64,000 nt of DNA from an uncultured Chloroflexia bacterium. GTDB lineage: Bacteria > Chloroflexota > Limnocylindria > Limnocylindrales > CSP1-4. The stretch spans positions 23,111-87,110 of the forward strand of contig CAVQIZ010000001.1 of assembly GCA_963712735.1 (NCBI GenBank), read 5' to 3'. Below the pieces are notes generated by a model, which saw nothing but the letters and a program-made list of their open reading frames with translations, was not told the DNA's origin and ran no database searches. Of this stretch, positions 62,175 to 64,000 are shown piece after piece. How positions within the stretch are numbered: the first letter of the stretch is position 1; each line of letters begins with the position of its first letter. A program made the translations under genes and the position numbers.

Positions 62175-62903
62175 GTGACGGTCGAAGTCGGGGGCACACC
62201 GCTCTATCGCCAGATCCAGGTCGATCTGCGCGAGCGTGTGTCCGGCGGCGAGCTCACTCCGGGTGCCCAGGTCGAGACCGAGCAGGAGCTCATGGCGCGC
62301 TACGGCGTCAGCCGTGCCACGGTCCGCCAGGCGCTGTCAGGACTGGTGGCGGAAGGGTTGCTCGAGATCCGGCGCGGTCGTGGCACGTTCGTCCACGGGG
62401 CCGCGCTCGAGCATCGCCTGGGCGGCTTCTACACCTTCAGCCGCGAGATCGAGCGACATGGCATGCGGCCGGGCACACGCGTGCGCGAGATCGGCGTGGA
62501 GCCGGCCGCTGCCGACGTCGCCGACGGGCTGGGCCTGGCCGCCGGCACGCCAGTGGTGGCGCTATCGCGGGTGCGCCTGGCCGACGAGCAGCCGATCGTG
62601 TCGGAGACGAGCTACCTGCCGGCCGCACGCTTCAAGGGGCTCGAGCAGGTGGACTTCTCACACGCCAGCCTGTACGAGACGCTGACGGCCTCCTTCGGCG
62701 TGCGCCCGGTTCGTGCCCGCGAGACCTTCGTGCCGGTGCTCCTCGATGAGGAGGAGGCCGCCATCCTGGGCGGCGAGGCCGGGGACCCCGTCCTCAGCGT
62801 GGAGCGCACGACCTACGACGCCGACGGCGTGATCATCGAGTACTGCCAATCGATCCTGCGCGCCGACCGCTACCGCTACTCGGTCGAGCTCCGTGACGCC
62901 TGA
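62175..62903 (+). CDS. GntR family regulator, HutC/UTRA subfamily
   Basis: PLYRQI, EQELMARYGVSRATVRQAL, GRGTFV; UTRA C-terminus. Confidence 0.93.
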   Translation: MTVEVGGTPLYRQIQVDLRERVSGGELTPGAQVETEQELMARYGVSRATVRQALSGLVAEGLLEIRRGRGTFVHGAALEHRLGGFYTFSREIERHGMRPGTRVREIGVEPAAADVADGLGLAAGTPVVALSRVRLADEQPIVSETSYLPAARFKGLEQVDFSHASLYETLTASFGVRPVRARETFVPVLLDEEEAAILGGEAGDPVLSVERTTYDADGVIIEYCQSILRADRYRYSVELRDA

Positions 62904-62946
62904 CCGACCCGCCACCGCCCGACCGCCCACGACAGGAGATACGACC

Positions 62947-64000
62947 ATGAGCGCCCCACACGCGGCCACCGCCGCCGACATCCGCGAGCGCGTCGCGGCC
63001 ACGACCGCCTGGCGCGAGGCCAGCGGTGGCGGCGAGGCCATCGTCGCCGCACTGGAGGTCGCTCGCGCGGCACCGCAGGGGTTGCTCGACCGCCTCGACG
63101 GCGCTGCTCGCGTGGTCATCACCGGCGCCGGTTCGTCCCTCTACATCGCCCAGGTCGCAGCATCCAGCATGCGCCTGCACGCCCGCCTCGCCGTGGAGGC
63201 GCACCCGCTCTCGGAAGTGCTGCTCCGCCCGGACGCGGTGTTCGCCGGGGCTGCGCTGGCCGACCAGCCCGTCATCGTCGTCTCGCGCTCCGGCTCCACC
63301 ACCGAGGCGCTCGAGGTGCTGAAGGCCGCGCGGGCGCGGGGTCAGTACACCATCGCGGTGACCTGCCGCCCGGATGCGCCCATGGCTGGCCTGGCCGACC
63401 TGACACTCGCGGTGCCCGAGGGTGACGAGCGAGTCCGTGGTGATGACGCGCAGCTTCGCCTCGCAGGCGGCTCTGCTGATGCGCCTCGGCGCGCGTCTGG
63501 CTGATGACGATGCCTTCGCCGCCGACCTCGACGCCATGCCGTCAGCGTGGGGAAGTCTTGCGCCCTGGCTGGAGCAGGCCTTCGAGCTGGCTGCCGGCGA
63601 TCCGTCGCGGCTGGTCGTCCTGGGCGGTGGTGCCGCCTTCGGCCTGGCCAACGAGGCGGTGCTCAAGGCGACCGAGACGGGCCAGGTTCCGGCCTCGGCG
63701 TTCCATCCCTTCGAGTTCCGCCACGGGCCCATCTCGGTGTGTGAGCCGGGCATGATCGTGGTGGGCATCCTGGGCGGGGCCAGCGAGGCCGACGAGCGCC
63801 GCGTGCTCGACGAGTCGGCGGCCCTCGGCGCCACCACCTGGGCACTGGGGTCGGACGGTCCTGGTGCCGATCTCGATGAGTGCGCGCGCCTGCCGCTGGT
63901 GCTGCACGTGCTGCAGGCACTGGCCTTCGGCATCGCCGTGCGGCGCGGGCGTGATCCCGAGTCACCGCGGCACCTCGGCCAGGTCGTCGTCCTCGAGGAC
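62947..64000 (+). CDS. SIS-domain sugar-phosphate deaminase/isomerase (AgaS/GlmS-C-like; frameshifted, runs to window end)
   Basis: TGAGSS, SRSGSTTE, VVMTRSF, EAVLK..E, FHPFEFRHGP, DPESPRHL. Confidence 0.85.

Noticed and set aside
350-64000. About 20 frameshifted genes read as pseudogenes or programmed frameshifts
   Set aside because: Shifts hit all gene classes (ligD, mutY, ABC permeases, SDRs), catalytic motifs remain intact on both sides, and no common slippery motif is visible; sequencing indels are the simpler explanation

Overview
High-GC bacterial DNA with no rRNA, tRNA, CRISPR or transposase that I can recognise. Gene content (plsY, class A PBP, PE-LIG-POL LigD, non-lipoprotein 'AQD' solute-binding proteins, apparently leaderless genes) is consistent with a Chloroflexota-like organism, but this is inference. 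About 20 genes, including housekeeping ones, carry single-base frameshifts, which most likely reflects unpolished long-read errors. (1) 1-29.9 kb is a large catabolic island marked by six copies of a 14-bp palindrome GTCAA(C/G)CG(G/C)TTGAC, each overlapping a -35 box. It holds a LacI gene, two sugar ABC systems, SDRs, Gfo/Idh/MocA dehydrogenases, lactonases, a mutarotase, an aminotransferase, a lyase, a MetE-like protein, a URO-D-fold protein and an E1a-E1b-metF(V)-methylTHF methyltransferase operon. (2) 30-35.3 kb has a second LacI unit (GDP-mannose 3,5-epimerase-like, GHMP kinase-like, tandem nucleotidyltransferase) converging on a DUF1638 + corrinoid-protein pair. (3) 35.3-53.6 kb is mostly housekeeping (amino-acid ABC, ligD, PBP, mutY, nnrE, two plsY, lpdA-E2-lipA), with an XRE/PD-(D/E)XK gene and an 18-bp repeat inside the lpdA-E2 interval. 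(4) 53.7-64 kb is a GntR-controlled amino-sugar (GalNAc-like) locus. The main candidate novel system is a sugar-inducible, cobalamin-dependent demethylation module linked to sugar catabolism, together with a possible Leloir-like salvage route for an L-sugar.
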